A stretch of DNA of 64,000 bases from a virus: positions 74,918-138,917 of IMG/VR virus record IMGVR_UViG_3300029922_000017; one strand, 5' to 3'. The position numbers and the translations under genes are program-made. Each line of letters starts with the position of its first letter. Positions within the stretch are counted from its first letter, which is position 1. Below are positions 40,328 to 50,884 of this stretch, piece after piece. The notes under the pieces are model-generated. The model was not told the DNA's origin and searched no databases. It saw nothing but the letters and a program-made list of their open reading frames with translations.

Positions 40328-40736
40328 ATTTTTTATTATATAGTTTTGTTAAAGTATTTTCGTAAATACAGTCATCCATATGCCAAATTCCACCTTTATC
40401 TAAAAATCCACCACATACTTTACAATCAGTTGGATTTTCTCGACTTGGTATTAATTCATATAATTTATGAATAACATCTATTAATTCTTTAATATCATTC
40501 ATAAGGTCTATTATCTTTTAAATCGTCCGTTAAATATTCATGAACACTATCTCGAAATACAGTATCGTTCAATCCCCATTGTTCAGCAATGAATTTAATA
40601 TGAGTTGGTAATTGATTATAAATCATGCTCAATTGAGCATCGGTAGGTTCCGATGAATTATTATATGATGCATATGCATCTATAACAACATCATGAAACG
40701 CATCTTTATCAGATTCAGAATAATCGTTGTATTGTT

Positions 40737-41168
40737 TCATAATAGATATTTTAATGCAAAGTAATTGATAACTAAATGGAATAGATTATCGGTGATAATG
40801 TAAATCCACCATGATATTGCAGTTGGTCTGATTTTATCTTTATTATCTTCACCCCATTTATCTCCAATATGGTCAAAGTATCCGGTCTGATTAGAAGACA
40901 TCCAAGTAGCTCTCCAATCTTTAGGATTAAATACCCATTCCTTAGCAAAAATTAAATACTTTGGAATAGAATATCGGTCAATTATAAAATGAGTAATCCC
41001 AATAACCAATAAGGCTTTCCATGATAAGGTCAATATCAAGAAACAAAGAGTGTATAAAATAGCATGTAATAAAGCCGGTGGAGTAGATTTACTCTTATTT
41101 ACAGCTTGATAGCTCCCTTGTGTTAAGAAGAAATCTGAAATTCCATGGACTAGTAATTGTTCATACAT
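40737..41168 (-). CDS. DUF3307-like membrane protein
   Basis: HGISDF..Q, LHA..Y, THFIID, DN.FH. Confidence 0.8.
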   Translation of the reverse strand: MYEQLLVHGISDFFLTQGSYQAVNKSKSTPPALLHAILYTLCFLILTLSWKALLVIGITHFIIDRYSIPKYLIFAKEWVFNPKDWRATWMSSNQTGYFDHIGDKWGEDNKDKIRPTAISWWIYIITDNLFHLVINYFALKYLL

Positions 41169-41200
41169 ATGAGAGGATTATATCAAATCTATATCAGGAG

Positions 41201-41578
41201 TCAAGAGTTATTCTCTTTATATGATTTCCATTGCTTCACCAATTCATCAACTTTAAGTTGTAATCGATGAACTACTCCAATCTGAGCATGATTTGATTTA
41301 TCACATTCATCTACCTCTTTCATAGTTCCGTCTATCATAAAATATGATTTCCCAAACCCTTTTTTATAGTCATATTCCCAAGGTTTTATAGTCACGGTAT
41401 GTTTAATATTACATTCCGATGAAGTTCCATGTATCGGAGGCGTAGAACAAATAATCGTAAAATCGATGTAATCTAATTGACTATACCCAGTATGAAATTC
41501 TACATCGGTAATTCCAATTACAACTTCCAAATCAATCCAAGTATTAAAAAATGTTTTTACAATTCTTTCCGGTTTCAT
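41201..41578 (-). CDS. hypothetical protein
   Basis: 125-aa ORF in operon. Confidence 0.6.
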   Translation of the reverse strand: MKPERIVKTFFNTWIDLEVVIGITDVEFHTGYSQLDYIDFTIICSTPPIHGTSSECNIKHTVTIKPWEYDYKKGFGKSYFMIDGTMKEVDECDKSNHAQIGVVHRLQLKVDELVKQWKSYKENNS

Positions 41579-41581
41579 ATA

Positions 41582-42199
41582 TTATTCTTCAATTTTAGTT
41601 TTTAAATACGTAATTCTCACATTTCGTAGGTCTTCCCATTTCTTCATATCCTCAAAATTAATCGATTGGGAACAATAGATGTCTTGCTCAAACATATTAA
41701 AATGATTAGCCCGACAAAATCTATCCAAACAAGCCAAAATCTTATACTCGGCTCCAAATGCAAAAATATTCTCATTGCAAAATGTCTCGGCGGCATCTTT
41801 TAAAGAATCTAGCAATTCATCTCCTTTGATATGGATAGCTTCCAATTTTTTAAATTGAAAATTGATATCAATCTTATTTTGTATATGGTCAACCGTATCT
41901 TTATATTCAGCCGAATTACTTAATTTAACTCCAAATTCCCATGCTTCTTTACTGATTGCAAATGGGAGATATTGATTGGTATCATATAAATTGTTAACTG
42001 GACAGCTATCGACATTACCATATCCTTTATAAGTTCCTTTATAGACACATACAAAATATTTCTCAAATGCCCATGATAATCCGCCATTCCTATCCATAAA
42101 TAGGTCAGCCGCTTCTGGTTTAAATAGAATAATTACACAGTTATCTTCATCAATGATAGGAGTCAAGGTGACGATACAAGTTAAATTGGCAGTTCCCAT
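41582..42199 (-). CDS. hypothetical protein
   Basis: 205-aa ORF in operon. Confidence 0.65.
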   Translation of the reverse strand: MGTANLTCIVTLTPIIDEDNCVIILFKPEAADLFMDRNGGLSWAFEKYFVCVYKGTYKGYGNVDSCPVNNLYDTNQYLPFAISKEAWEFGVKLSNSAEYKDTVDHIQNKIDINFQFKKLEAIHIKGDELLDSLKDAAETFCNENIFAFGAEYKILACLDRFCRANHFNMFEQDIYCSQSINFEDMKKWEDLRNVRITYLKTKIEE

Positions 42200-42615
42200 A
42201 TTATTTCATTTGATTGGCTAAGAATTCACAGGCATCCGCATAGCAGATAGCGCAGAATGCGTCACACTTGCCATCGGCGTGGTCTTTACGAAGTTCGACT
42301 TGAGTTTTACCGTAATTAACCGATATTACAACTCCATTCGAGTCATATTCAGTTATACATACACAGTCATCAATTTCATTCATATTCCAACATTATACCT
42401 ATTTCTAGGACAATGTCAAATAGATTTTTTCAATTTATCTACGAGTGATGGATGAGCTATTATGTCATCTCCCCATTTATACATGGCCGGAATATATTTG
42501 AAATTTTTATTATCCTTTTTCCATTTATTCCTAATTCTTGACTTTTTGGAACGAGGAAACCTAAATTGAATTTTTTTGACGCATAATTCCGAACTTATTA
42601 TATTAATACCAGCTA

Positions 42616-43053
42616 TCATAATTTTACAAACTCAAATTCTGAAATCGGTATTTTATAAAAGAACTCCCCTTTGAGGACAAATCTATTTCTCGACTCCTTA
42701 AGATGTTCATCTTCCATGTATTTTTTAATTTTTTTACCTTTGATTATTCCAATATGTGAATAATCTTCAGATAATATGATATAATCAGTCTTACCATCCA
42801 CGAAGAATTTCTTTTTACGCTCGGCAATATTTATATCAGAATAAGGAAAAATTTCCGATTTCCATACTAATCTATGTTCGACCTCTACGCTGTGTTTTTC
42901 ATCTTCCGATATTAAATCAACACTATATCGTGTCTTACCATCAACTAATTCAATGCCCAATTTGTCTTTATAATACTTTTTTACAACTTCACGACTCTGA
43001 GGGTCATGTGCGGCATGTAATTTCTTATCAAAGGCTTTATGTTTTCCAATCAT
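42616..43053 (-). CDS. PD-(D/E)XK-like nuclease-fold protein
   Basis: YSVDL...VEVE...ERKKK. Confidence 0.55.
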   Translation of the reverse strand: MIGKHKAFDKKLHAAHDPQSREVVKKYYKDKLGIELVDGKTRYSVDLISEDEKHSVEVEHRLVWKSEIFPYSDINIAERKKKFFVDGKTDYIILSEDYSHIGIIKGKKIKKYMEDEHLKESRNRFVLKGEFFYKIPISEFEFVKL

Positions 43054-43056
43054 AGT

Positions 43057-43602
43057 TTATATTATTTTGTTGTTTTTTAATAGACCGATTATTTTGTTTA
43101 CTATTTTATCTTTACCTTCGGGAGTGCCGTCAAATACTTCATACCCTTCATTATACTTATCAAGCAAATCTAAAATCTTGCCGTCTATTTCAATGGATTG
43201 TTCTTCATTATGCAATCTCCCATTTGGGTCATGTTTTCCTGCTCGTTTTAAGAATACATTATAATTCCACATCTTACTCATTTCTTCCATTGCTAATTTC
43301 TCAAATGTCTCTCGCCGTTCTTTATCATAAATAGGTTGTAACACTAAAGGACTATCTGTTATGATAACATCAACCTCTCCCAATAATCGATTAATACGGT
43401 GAAATTGATTTCCGAATAGATATATTTGGTCGTGGATAGAGTCCAGGTCTTTATTATATATTATATCTTTAGGGAATTCTAATGCCATTTCACAACTAAT
43501 ACCTTTAGTTTTCAAATCAAAGAATATACCTGCACATATAGTGCTTTTTCTCGAATTGGGACCTCCAAAACAGTTTATCACCAATGCGTTATTTGTTTGC
43601 AT
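43057..43602 (-). CDS. NadR/AAA_28-like P-loop kinase
   Basis: INCFGGPNSRKST (degenerate Walker A), DQIY, ITDSP, GR. Confidence 0.75.
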   Translation of the reverse strand: MQTNNALVINCFGGPNSRKSTICAGIFFDLKTKGISCEMALEFPKDIIYNKDLDSIHDQIYLFGNQFHRINRLLGEVDVIITDSPLVLQPIYDKERRETFEKLAMEEMSKMWNYNVFLKRAGKHDPNGRLHNEEQSIEIDGKILDLLDKYNEGYEVFDGTPEGKDKIVNKIIGLLKNNKII

Positions 43603-44131
43603 AAGTTACTACCTCTCGACATAAATTTATAAATTCTTCATTAGATAACGACTGTTTCGAAAAGTTTAAGTCACGATGAACCCACTGTATATTGTTAATG
43701 GTATACCCTTTCGTCGAGTCTATTCTATCAAGAGAGGCTGTATTTGATTTTGAGTATTCAAATCCTATATTCCTTCCCGACAAGGCACATCTTCTTTTTT
43801 GTTTAATATAAAGTTTCCATGCCTTTTCAATGGTTAATTTAAAAATTATTTCTCGGCTTTTCGCTCCTCGTATAACATTGTTCCAAAATGTCATTGATAT
43901 GTCTTCATGTCCTTTCCATTTAGGGCGTTTACGATATGGATGCCACACATCATAAGTTTGAACAACTAACCCATACATATTAAGATAATTAGACACCGAT
44001 TTTTCATTACATCCTACTTCACTTGCTATTTTATTTATCGTTTTTTTATTTATATAATGTTCAGTATGTAAGAACTCTTTAGTTAAAATTTTAGCTAGAC
44101 TGCCTCTTCTATTTTTCATTTTTGTTCTCAT
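43589..44131 (-). CDS. HNH-like homing endonuclease with N-terminal HTH
   Basis: IASEVGCNEKSV HTH; CALSG...ASLDRIDS.KGY..NNIQWVH..LN..K. Confidence 0.85.
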   Translation of the reverse strand: MRTKMKNRRGSLAKILTKEFLHTEHYINKKTINKIASEVGCNEKSVSNYLNMYGLVVQTYDVWHPYRKRPKWKGHEDISMTFWNNVIRGAKSREIIFKLTIEKAWKLYIKQKRRCALSGRNIGFEYSKSNTASLDRIDSTKGYTINNIQWVHRDLNFSKQSLSNEEFINLCREVVTYANK

Positions 44132-44132
44132 A

Positions 44133-44309
44133 TTATACACACCGGTTTGATTTTTGGTTATGTTTAGAAGAACAATCTTTTAATTTATGGTAATCTGACC
44201 TACGCTTTTGATTAATCATCTCCCGATTAAGTTGGTAATACTTATTAGCTTTAACCCTCTTAATTTCGAGAGTTTCCTCGTAGGTTCGATTATAAGATTT
44301 TCTTCCCAT
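44133..44309 (-). CDS. MGRK basic peptide (copy A, 58 aa)
   Basis: MGRKSYNRTYEE...YY..N...YH; TATTTATA 4 nt before ATG. Confidence 0.7.
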   Translation of the reverse strand: MGRKSYNRTYEETLEIKRVKANKYYQLNREMINQKRRSDYHKLKDCSSKHNQKSNRCV

Positions 44310-44349
44310 ATAATATAAATATAAGCGATAAATGAAAAACGATAGATTA

Positions 44350-44889
44350 TTAAATAGATTTAAATTCCTTGGCACATGTAGGACATAGAGTTTTTTCCCA
44401 TTTATTTTTATTTAACACCAACTTAACTTTATTAGTTGTGCCGCAGGTTTCGCACACATGGTTAGACATCTTCTCGTAAAATCTAATTATTTCTCGTGTC
44501 GTAGCATCACCACCCCACACTCCTTGAATTCGTAATTGTCCAAATTTAGATTTAATTATTCCTATAGATACCTGTTGAACTGGATTTTTAGTATAATAAT
44601 TAAATAATAATTTTTCATGTGCAAATTTAACTAGTGCTGGCCATTTTTTTTTAATCGACTCATCACTTACAATCGGCCAGATAAGGTCATACCAGCGTCT
44701 ATTCCACCAATAGTGAAATGTATTTAGATTGGCATCCTGAGTTGGATTATCAATGTATGATTGGAGGTCGTCCAACATGCTAGTGATTATTGATGCCCAC
44801 CCATCATCTACCTCGAAAGTCTTACTTCTTAAATCTGGAAGAATCTTGGGGTATTTTTTAAGTAGTTTATTGGTCAGTTTTTTATTCAT
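44350..44889 (-). CDS. conserved phage protein with C-terminal zinc ribbon
   Basis: DDGW, IKSKFGQLR, CETCG...LCPTC. Confidence 0.75.
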   Translation of the reverse strand: MNKKLTNKLLKKYPKILPDLRSKTFEVDDGWASIITSMLDDLQSYIDNPTQDANLNTFHYWWNRRWYDLIWPIVSDESIKKKWPALVKFAHEKLLFNYYTKNPVQQVSIGIIKSKFGQLRIQGVWGGDATTREIIRFYEKMSNHVCETCGTTNKVKLVLNKNKWEKTLCPTCAKEFKSI

Positions 44890-45063
44890 AATTCACTATA
44901 TATTTTATCGGCGATGGTTAATTCATCCGGTGTCAGTCTTCTATAAAATTTGATATAATCTAACATATAATCAGACGTGTAATCATTCTTCCAAGAGTCA
45001 ATATATTCATTTAGATGATTTAATTCCTCATCCATCTGTAATTCTACGTCTTGATATAACATG

Positions 45064-45351
45064 TTATTTCTTGTTAAGTGTCATATTTGGATAACATTTA
45101 TGACAGAGAAATATTTTTTTGTTCTTAATATCAAGTCCCAAATGTCCCTTACCCATACATTTCTTACAATTGGATTTGGGGGGATATGGCACTTGTGCTT
45201 TCAATTCTCCAAGTCCGATAAATGTTGGGGGGTGTATCTTCCCCGCCACTGTTGATTTTAATTCATAGGTTGGGGTAGCGGGTGTTTTATTAACCGGAGG
45301 TTGGGATGGAACGTATTCTCTAATTGGTTCGGTCATAATAGGTATAAACAA
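45064..45351 (-). CDS. small zinc-finger protein
   Basis: CKKCMGKG...CHKC. Confidence 0.55.
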   Translation of the reverse strand: MFIPIMTEPIREYVPSQPPVNKTPATPTYELKSTVAGKIHPPTFIGLGELKAQVPYPPKSNCKKCMGKGHLGLDIKNKKIFLCHKCYPNMTLNKK

Positions 45352-45730
45352 AATGTGCTGTTATATTGATATTATATAACAGCACACCGTGGAACTCAAC
45401 TTTTTATATTTTATTTTTTGTCAATTGGGTCGGTAAACAAAAAGTAGGGACATGCTTTTTGCTTCTTGGCCTTGACCAGCATCCACATAAAAGATACGAA
45501 TATCACAACTTGCTCCGAACCAGCAACCACAATCGACTTCATTATCTCATTAAACCTAACATCAATCTTTCCAATGATAGAGTCATATTCCTTTTTAGAA
45601 ATATTATCATCGGATAACTTCAAATATTCTTCTTTAGTAATTTTCATGTGTTCGAATATATCACATCTTATTGTGCATCATACTTAAACCGAACATATCA
45701 ATCAGTTTTTAGAGACATCTGTGATTTATT

Positions 45731-46372
45731 TTAATGGTGTCCTTCTTGTTTACGTGGTATTTTATCCATTAATTGTTTAATCTCATCAAACGAGACTGGA
45801 CGTTTCCAATAATCAAATCCAACATCTATAGTTTTCCCGTCTAATTTATAATTTTCTTTAGTTGAATGAATATGTCCGTGGATATGTATTCCGTTATGAG
45901 ACATACCATTCCAAGAAGATAGTGGATAATGACTAGCTACAGTCTTACTGCCATCAACCGAGAATTCTAGATAATTCCCAACATATATCAAATTTCTATA
46001 TCTTAGTGGATATACTTCTATATCTCGCTTACCATATATTGAATATATATGTTCTTCGTAATTTGACCACGTGCATGAATTATGATTCCCAAACAGCATA
46101 TACACCGATTGACAGTTAATTTGAGATAGAAAATTTTCAAATTGGTCGGATGAAGAATTAAGCATGAAATCTCCGAGATAAATCATTATATCGTCATACT
46201 TTACATTATCATTTATAGTCTTGATGATGTCGACGTTCATTTCACCGACTGAATTATACCCTCTCATTTTCCAAATAGGAATTGGCCATTTAGGATTATG
46301 GTTATAGTGAAAATCACTACTCAACCATACTTTACTTTCTTCGGTCTGTCTAAAATGTAATACTCTATTCAT
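45731..46372 (-). CDS. calcineurin-like metallophosphoesterase
   Basis: SDFH..H, LGD, GNH, SHYP, HGHIH, DVG. Confidence 0.9.
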   Translation of the reverse strand: MNRVLHFRQTEESKVWLSSDFHYNHNPKWPIPIWKMRGYNSVGEMNVDIIKTINDNVKYDDIMIYLGDFMLNSSSDQFENFLSQINCQSVYMLFGNHNSCTWSNYEEHIYSIYGKRDIEVYPLRYRNLIYVGNYLEFSVDGSKTVASHYPLSSWNGMSHNGIHIHGHIHSTKENYKLDGKTIDVGFDYWKRPVSFDEIKQLMDKIPRKQEGHH

Positions 46373-46694
46373 GATATCCGTTTCTATATGCTATATATTT
46401 TGTTTTTTCGCTATTCTTTTTAAATGGATTTTTATAGGGACGCTTTAATCTTTTATCATTGCTTCCCATATGATATGCTCCAATAATTTTTTCTGATTCT
46501 TTACTCATAAATTATTCCAAATAATCATCGTAAATTGTAATATGTATAAACCCATCACCATCTGTGTGACCAATGATAATACTATCACCACACCCATTTT
46601 TAAACGCTAACAACTCTTCGAGAGAATTGATTTCAATTGTCTTTTCATACTTACAGTCCGATGCTTTTTCAATTTTAAATTTCATAACTATTTT

Positions 46695-47018
46695 TTAAAT
46701 GTGACTTCCACCAAATATCTTACTAAATACTCCGCCCTTGCCAAATATCTCTTCGAACAATGCGGGGTTATTTAACTCTACATCGAGCAGTTTATTTTTT
46801 CGAGTTGGTTTAGTAATATTCAATCGCAATTCACAATCGGGACATGTTAGCCTGATATATGTCTCATACATCTGGATAAAATGTGGAAAATCAGCCCGTT
46901 CCAATTTAAATATACATTCGCAATTTTTACATCTAAACTCACGGTCTTCCCACCAATATTTTTCAATTGTAGTTTTTGTTGGCTTGCTATAGGGAATGCC
47001 AGATTTAATAATTTTCAT
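46695..47018 (-). CDS. zinc-ribbon hypothetical protein
   Basis: CKNCEC...CPDC. Confidence 0.6.
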   Translation of the reverse strand: MKIIKSGIPYSKPTKTTIEKYWWEDREFRCKNCECIFKLERADFPHFIQMYETYIRLTCPDCELRLNITKPTRKNKLLDVELNNPALFEEIFGKGGVFSKIFGGSHI

Positions 47019-47338
47019 TTTTCAATATGTTTATAGGTTCCGTTTTTCAACTGCTTCCATTTCCGTTTTTTGTTAATTTTCAACTTCTGGCTGGCAAACT
47101 CAATCAAATCTTCCAACGAATGTCCTTTTCGCCATGCTGCATCCAGCAACAGCAACGTGCAGTCTGCCCATTCCATCTTATCATCGGGATTATCTAACAA
47201 CTCCTGAACTTCATCTTTTAAATGAAGTAATGGATACTTACAGGGTCTATCTTCCGGCGACCCAAACGCCTTACCAGAAAATTCATTACGGGCTTTTAAG
47301 AAAGCATTTATTTTTAGTATGTTGTTAATTTGAATCAT
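47015..47338 (-). CDS. dATP/dGTP pyrophosphohydrolase-like (DUF550/MazG fold)
   Basis: PLLHLKDEVQE, EWADC.LLLLDA, KL.IN..RKW. Confidence 0.75.
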   Translation of the reverse strand: MIQINNILKINAFLKARNEFSGKAFGSPEDRPCKYPLLHLKDEVQELLDNPDDKMEWADCTLLLLDAAWRKGHSLEDLIEFASQKLKINKKRKWKQLKNGTYKHIEK

Positions 47339-47643
47339 AAGTGGAGTATATCAATCTCAAACTAAAAGTCAAGGACTAATCATTTTAAAATATTCGCTAG
47401 GAATAATTTCATTTTGATTAAATCCATAAAAATGGTCAATCAACAAGCCTTCGGGATGTAGTTTGCCAGTTATTATTAAACCTTTTGGATAAAAGGAATT
47501 ACCACCATAACCGTGGTAATTCCATTTTTTTATTAGTCTTACTTTAATCATTTTTCAAATTATATCATACACATATAAAAAGTCAATAAAATATTTTCGG
47601 AGTTTTTTCGGTGTTTTATTATTCTCGATGATATTTATAATAT

Positions 47644-47787
47644 ATGGGAAGAAAAAAGTTATATATCACCGAGGAAGATAAGATGACCGCCGCCCGAAAA
47701 TGGCGAATGGACTATTATTGGAGAAACCAGAAAAAAGAACAAAAACGTAATTTAAAAAATTATCATGAAAGAAAAAAGCCAACTTGA
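47644..47787 (+). CDS. MGRK basic peptide (copy B, 47 aa; not in ORF track)
   Basis: MGRKKLYITEEDKMTAARKWRMDYYWRNQKKEQKRNLKNYHERKKPT; TATTTATA 4 nt before ATG. Confidence 0.75.
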   Translation: MGRKKLYITEEDKMTAARKWRMDYYWRNQKKEQKRNLKNYHERKKPT

Positions 47788-48547
47788 ATATTCTCGTATT
47801 TGTCCCGAATGTAATGCTAAAATAGTATTAAAAAATAAGAATTCTTGGTGGGCAAATAGAAACAGTAAAAAATCATGTAGAAGATGTGTGATTGGATATT
47901 CTCTTGAAGAGGAGAAATTTTTAATCGATAATTATTCTAAATTAGGACGGAAAGAATGTTCTAGGCAATTGAATAGAACGGAATTTTCTATCGGAGTTAA
48001 GACAAGTAAACTCAGACTTGTTATGACACCCCAACCCAAAGACCCAATTAATAATAAAATATGTGTGAGATGTGATTTGGAATTATCAAAAGATAGATTT
48101 GGAGTTACCAATCGAAACAAAGATAAACATAGTAATATGTGTAAATCATGTTCGCAATATGATAGGCGTCGGTCAGATAAACTTGAAAACAAGCGAAAAT
48201 ATGATGCAATCTACAAAACTAAAAAGAAAACTTGTCCTATATTTAAACTACGCAAAATAGTAAAAAAACGAATTACACGAGCAATGAAACTAAAAAGTAT
48301 AAAGAAAAGACATTCTATAATTAAATTGTTGGGATGTTCCATTATAGACTTGCAACAGCACTTAAAATCACAATTTAAATATGGAATGTCTTGGGATAAT
48401 CATGGCTTTAAAGGTTGGCATATCGACCATATAATTCCACTTTCATCGGCCAAAACACAAGAAGAAATGGAAAGGCTATGTCATTATACAAATCTCCAGC
48501 CTCTTTGGTGGTATGAGAATTTATCAAAAAAAGATAAGATATTATAA
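47765..48547 (+). CDS. HNH homing endonuclease with zinc ribbons
   Basis: CPEC, CVRC...CKSC, MSWDNHG..WHIDHIIP...HYTNLQPLW..ENLSK. Confidence 0.9.
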   Translation: MKEKSQLEYSRICPECNAKIVLKNKNSWWANRNSKKSCRRCVIGYSLEEEKFLIDNYSKLGRKECSRQLNRTEFSIGVKTSKLRLVMTPQPKDPINNKICVRCDLELSKDRFGVTNRNKDKHSNMCKSCSQYDRRRSDKLENKRKYDAIYKTKKKTCPIFKLRKIVKKRITRAMKLKSIKKRHSIIKLLGCSIIDLQQHLKSQFKYGMSWDNHGFKGWHIDHIIPLSSAKTQEEMERLCHYTNLQPLWWYENLSKKDKIL

Positions 48548-48919
48548 TCCCTTAAAATTGCATAGAACCATATGGAAACCCCAAAAATTCTTATCTACAA
48601 TTTTCATCATATCTTTGATTTCCTGCGCCCGATTACATTGAACATTCATCCAAACATTTTTACGGGTAATTACAATGTCTTCTGGATTATATTCAAAATC
48701 GATAATTTCACCGTCCAAATGACGAATGGGATTTACATCGAAATTTCCATGAATTGCTGGCAGAGCAATTGAAATGTGGCAACCATGCGCCGGTAATTGT
48801 GATGGTATCGTATTCCAGTGCGCCACATGAAATAGTTTCTGATAATAACGGCAAATATCGTAAGAACATATTATTCTTACGCCATTCTTTATCTGTAGAT
48901 AGCCATTACTTTTATACAC
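48542..48919 (-). CDS. 2H-phosphoesterase-like protein
   Basis: Two His motifs, HISI and FHMV, ~65 aa apart. Confidence 0.55.
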   Translation of the reverse strand: MYKSNGYLQIKNGVRIICSYDICRYYQKLFHVAHWNTIPSQLPAHGCHISIALPAIHGNFDVNPIRHLDGEIIDFEYNPEDIVITRKNVWMNVQCNRAQEIKDMMKIVDKNFWGFHMVLCNFKGL

Positions 48920-48962
48920 GTCACCAGTATATACAAATACAACATCAAGTCAAGAAATTAAA

Positions 48963-49208
48963 TGAATGAAGGATATAATCGCCTTTCTGTAATTTAACTC
49001 CGACATATATCTCATTATTTCTAATGGTCGTATGCTACTAACGACTGCTTCAACCTTCGCATTATCGGGAAACATTACCCTAGCGACTTTAGAATTGCAG
49101 ATACCTTGAGGTAATAACGGGCTATTAACCCTTCCTCGGCTGTTTTTCTGTGACGAATTTCCTCTATTATAGGGCTTTACCTATAACAGCGTCGGAGTCC
49201 TTCATTCA
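48963..49208 (-). ncRNA. rnpB: RNase P RNA, minimal (reduced specificity domain)
   Basis: P1 UGAAUGAAGGA/UCCUUCAUUCA, P2 CUCCGAC/GUCGGAG, P3 hairpin, CR-I GAGGAAAUUCGUC pairing with CR-V ACAGAAAGGCGAUUAU (P4 with bulged U), P18 CAUUA-GAAA-UAAUG, CR-IV AGAUAUAUG. Confidence 0.85.
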
Positions 49209-49220
49209 AATTGAATAATA

Positions 49221-49442
49221 TCACACTTCCTTAAACAAGTCAAGGAATGTTTGTTCGGCTGTATCTCGGTTATTTAATGGATGTTCGTCTGTCCAATCAA
49301 TTTCAACTTTTTTAGTATCTCTTACCCGAACATTTAAATATCTATTATTTTCAATTGACTCTATAACTTGTTTTAAGTTATGATGACGTTCAAAATCAAT
49401 AACCTGAACTACCATTTTATATACATTTACTTTATTATTCAT
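49221..49442 (-). CDS. hypothetical phage protein
   Basis: WTDEHPLN motif; stops 12 nt before the RNase P RNA. Confidence 0.7.
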   Translation of the reverse strand: MNNKVNVYKMVVQVIDFERHHNLKQVIESIENNRYLNVRVRDTKKVEIDWTDEHPLNNRDTAEQTFLDLFKEV

Positions 49443-49570
49443 ATTTTAATCGTCCCATTCTTTGGAGCATCGGTTACATTTCCATCTATGTGTCCAATTT
49501 GAGTATGCGGTTATCACAGTCTTATCTGAGTGGAAACACCATCTAAAATTAAAAAATGATAGCAATTTTC

Positions 49571-49963
49571 TCATAATCCATCCCTCACATTGAAATAACT
49601 TGGTTCAGTCGTAATTTGTTCGGTATAATACTTATCAATTGCTTGAGTGGCAAATTTAATGGCTTCTCTTTTTAACATCCAACCAGCTTCAAATGTTTTT
49701 CCATATTTCTCTTTATAATTAAAGAGTCGTTCTTTAATCATAACAACATCCATTTCCTTTTCGGCGATGGATAACGACCATTGCGACCCTCTGGCTCGAA
49801 AATAGTAATATTCTCCAGTCATTAATTGACCCTCAATCTGCACCGGACATTGTCCGTTTGGCATTTCCAAGTCGTATGGGTTTTGAAATGTCCATGCCCA
49901 CCAATTTAAAAATCGGTCAAAATAATAATTGTATATAAATCTATAATAAAGTTTTTTAAGCAT
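49571..49963 (-). CDS. hypothetical phage protein
   Basis: CPVQIEG...YYFRARG..W...AGWM. Confidence 0.7.
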   Translation of the reverse strand: MLKKLYYRFIYNYYFDRFLNWWAWTFQNPYDLEMPNGQCPVQIEGQLMTGEYYYFRARGSQWSLSIAEKEMDVVMIKERLFNYKEKYGKTFEAGWMLKREAIKFATQAIDKYYTEQITTEPSYFNVRDGL

Positions 49964-50208
49964 ATTATTTATTCTCTACGAAAAAAGTATGCCCCGCATT
50001 TCCACTATGACCAAACCCATACTTTCTAACTCGTTTAATTTTTCCTTCTTTTAAAAGTTGGTGAACTTGTTTTGTAACATCAATAGAACGTGCATGATTA
50101 TCCCAATATTTACGACTCGTTGTTGGGTCTGGTTTATGCCCATACATGACAATTCTATTTTCATCCTTGATGGGAAGATTTGACATGACCAATGTTCGTA
50201 GTTCCGTA

Positions 50209-50883
50209 TTATTCGCCATATTTTTTAATTCCTTCTTCACCATATCTATTTCTAAGGGCGGCAAAATATTCATTAGTCTTAATTTTACAAGACCACACTT
50301 TGCCACAATAATCACCACGAGTTTGAGTCCCTTTAAACATCATGCCTTCAAATAAAGGATATTTATTATCGGTTAATTTATGAAATTCCGGAGTATATAC
50401 ACCAGTTCTAACATCCTCAATTAATTTATCATTCATATTACCCATATACAATACTGGAGGAATTTTAACTAATGATTGGAACGTCTCGATAAAATCTAAT
50501 GGAGTATAGAAATAATGATTTTTATGTCCGACCAATACATCAAATATGATTAATTCTTTGGGGTCTCCTTCAACATGAGTTCCAGCAAAAGATTTTGCAC
50601 CCAGAAATTCTCCAAACACCACAATTTCACGTTGATTGCGTAATTCTTTATCTTTTCTAAAGAATTTGGTTAATTCATCTTGATAATCTCTCTTAAATAT
50701 AGTAACAGCTTCTCCAAGAAATTGATGGGACTCGTCTATTAATTCACGGCGGGAGCCATATAGATTAAATCCCTGTTTAAGAGTATATTTGCACCGGAAG
50801 TTGGAACCGTCTAGTTTGACAAATCCAATTCCATGCCCTCTAGGAGCCTTACTTGAATTTTGAATGGATGGATATTCTGTCAT
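50209..50883 (-). CDS. RNA ligase (Rnl2-like nucleotidyltransferase domain)
   Basis: KLDGSN, FGEF.G, FDV, EG.M.K, KIKT. Confidence 0.8.
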   Translation of the reverse strand: MTEYPSIQNSSKAPRGHGIGFVKLDGSNFRCKYTLKQGFNLYGSRRELIDESHQFLGEAVTIFKRDYQDELTKFFRKDKELRNQREIVVFGEFLGAKSFAGTHVEGDPKELIIFDVLVGHKNHYFYTPLDFIETFQSLVKIPPVLYMGNMNDKLIEDVRTGVYTPEFHKLTDNKYPLFEGMMFKGTQTRGDYCGKVWSCKIKTNEYFAALRNRYGEEGIKKYGE

Positions 50884-50884
50884 A

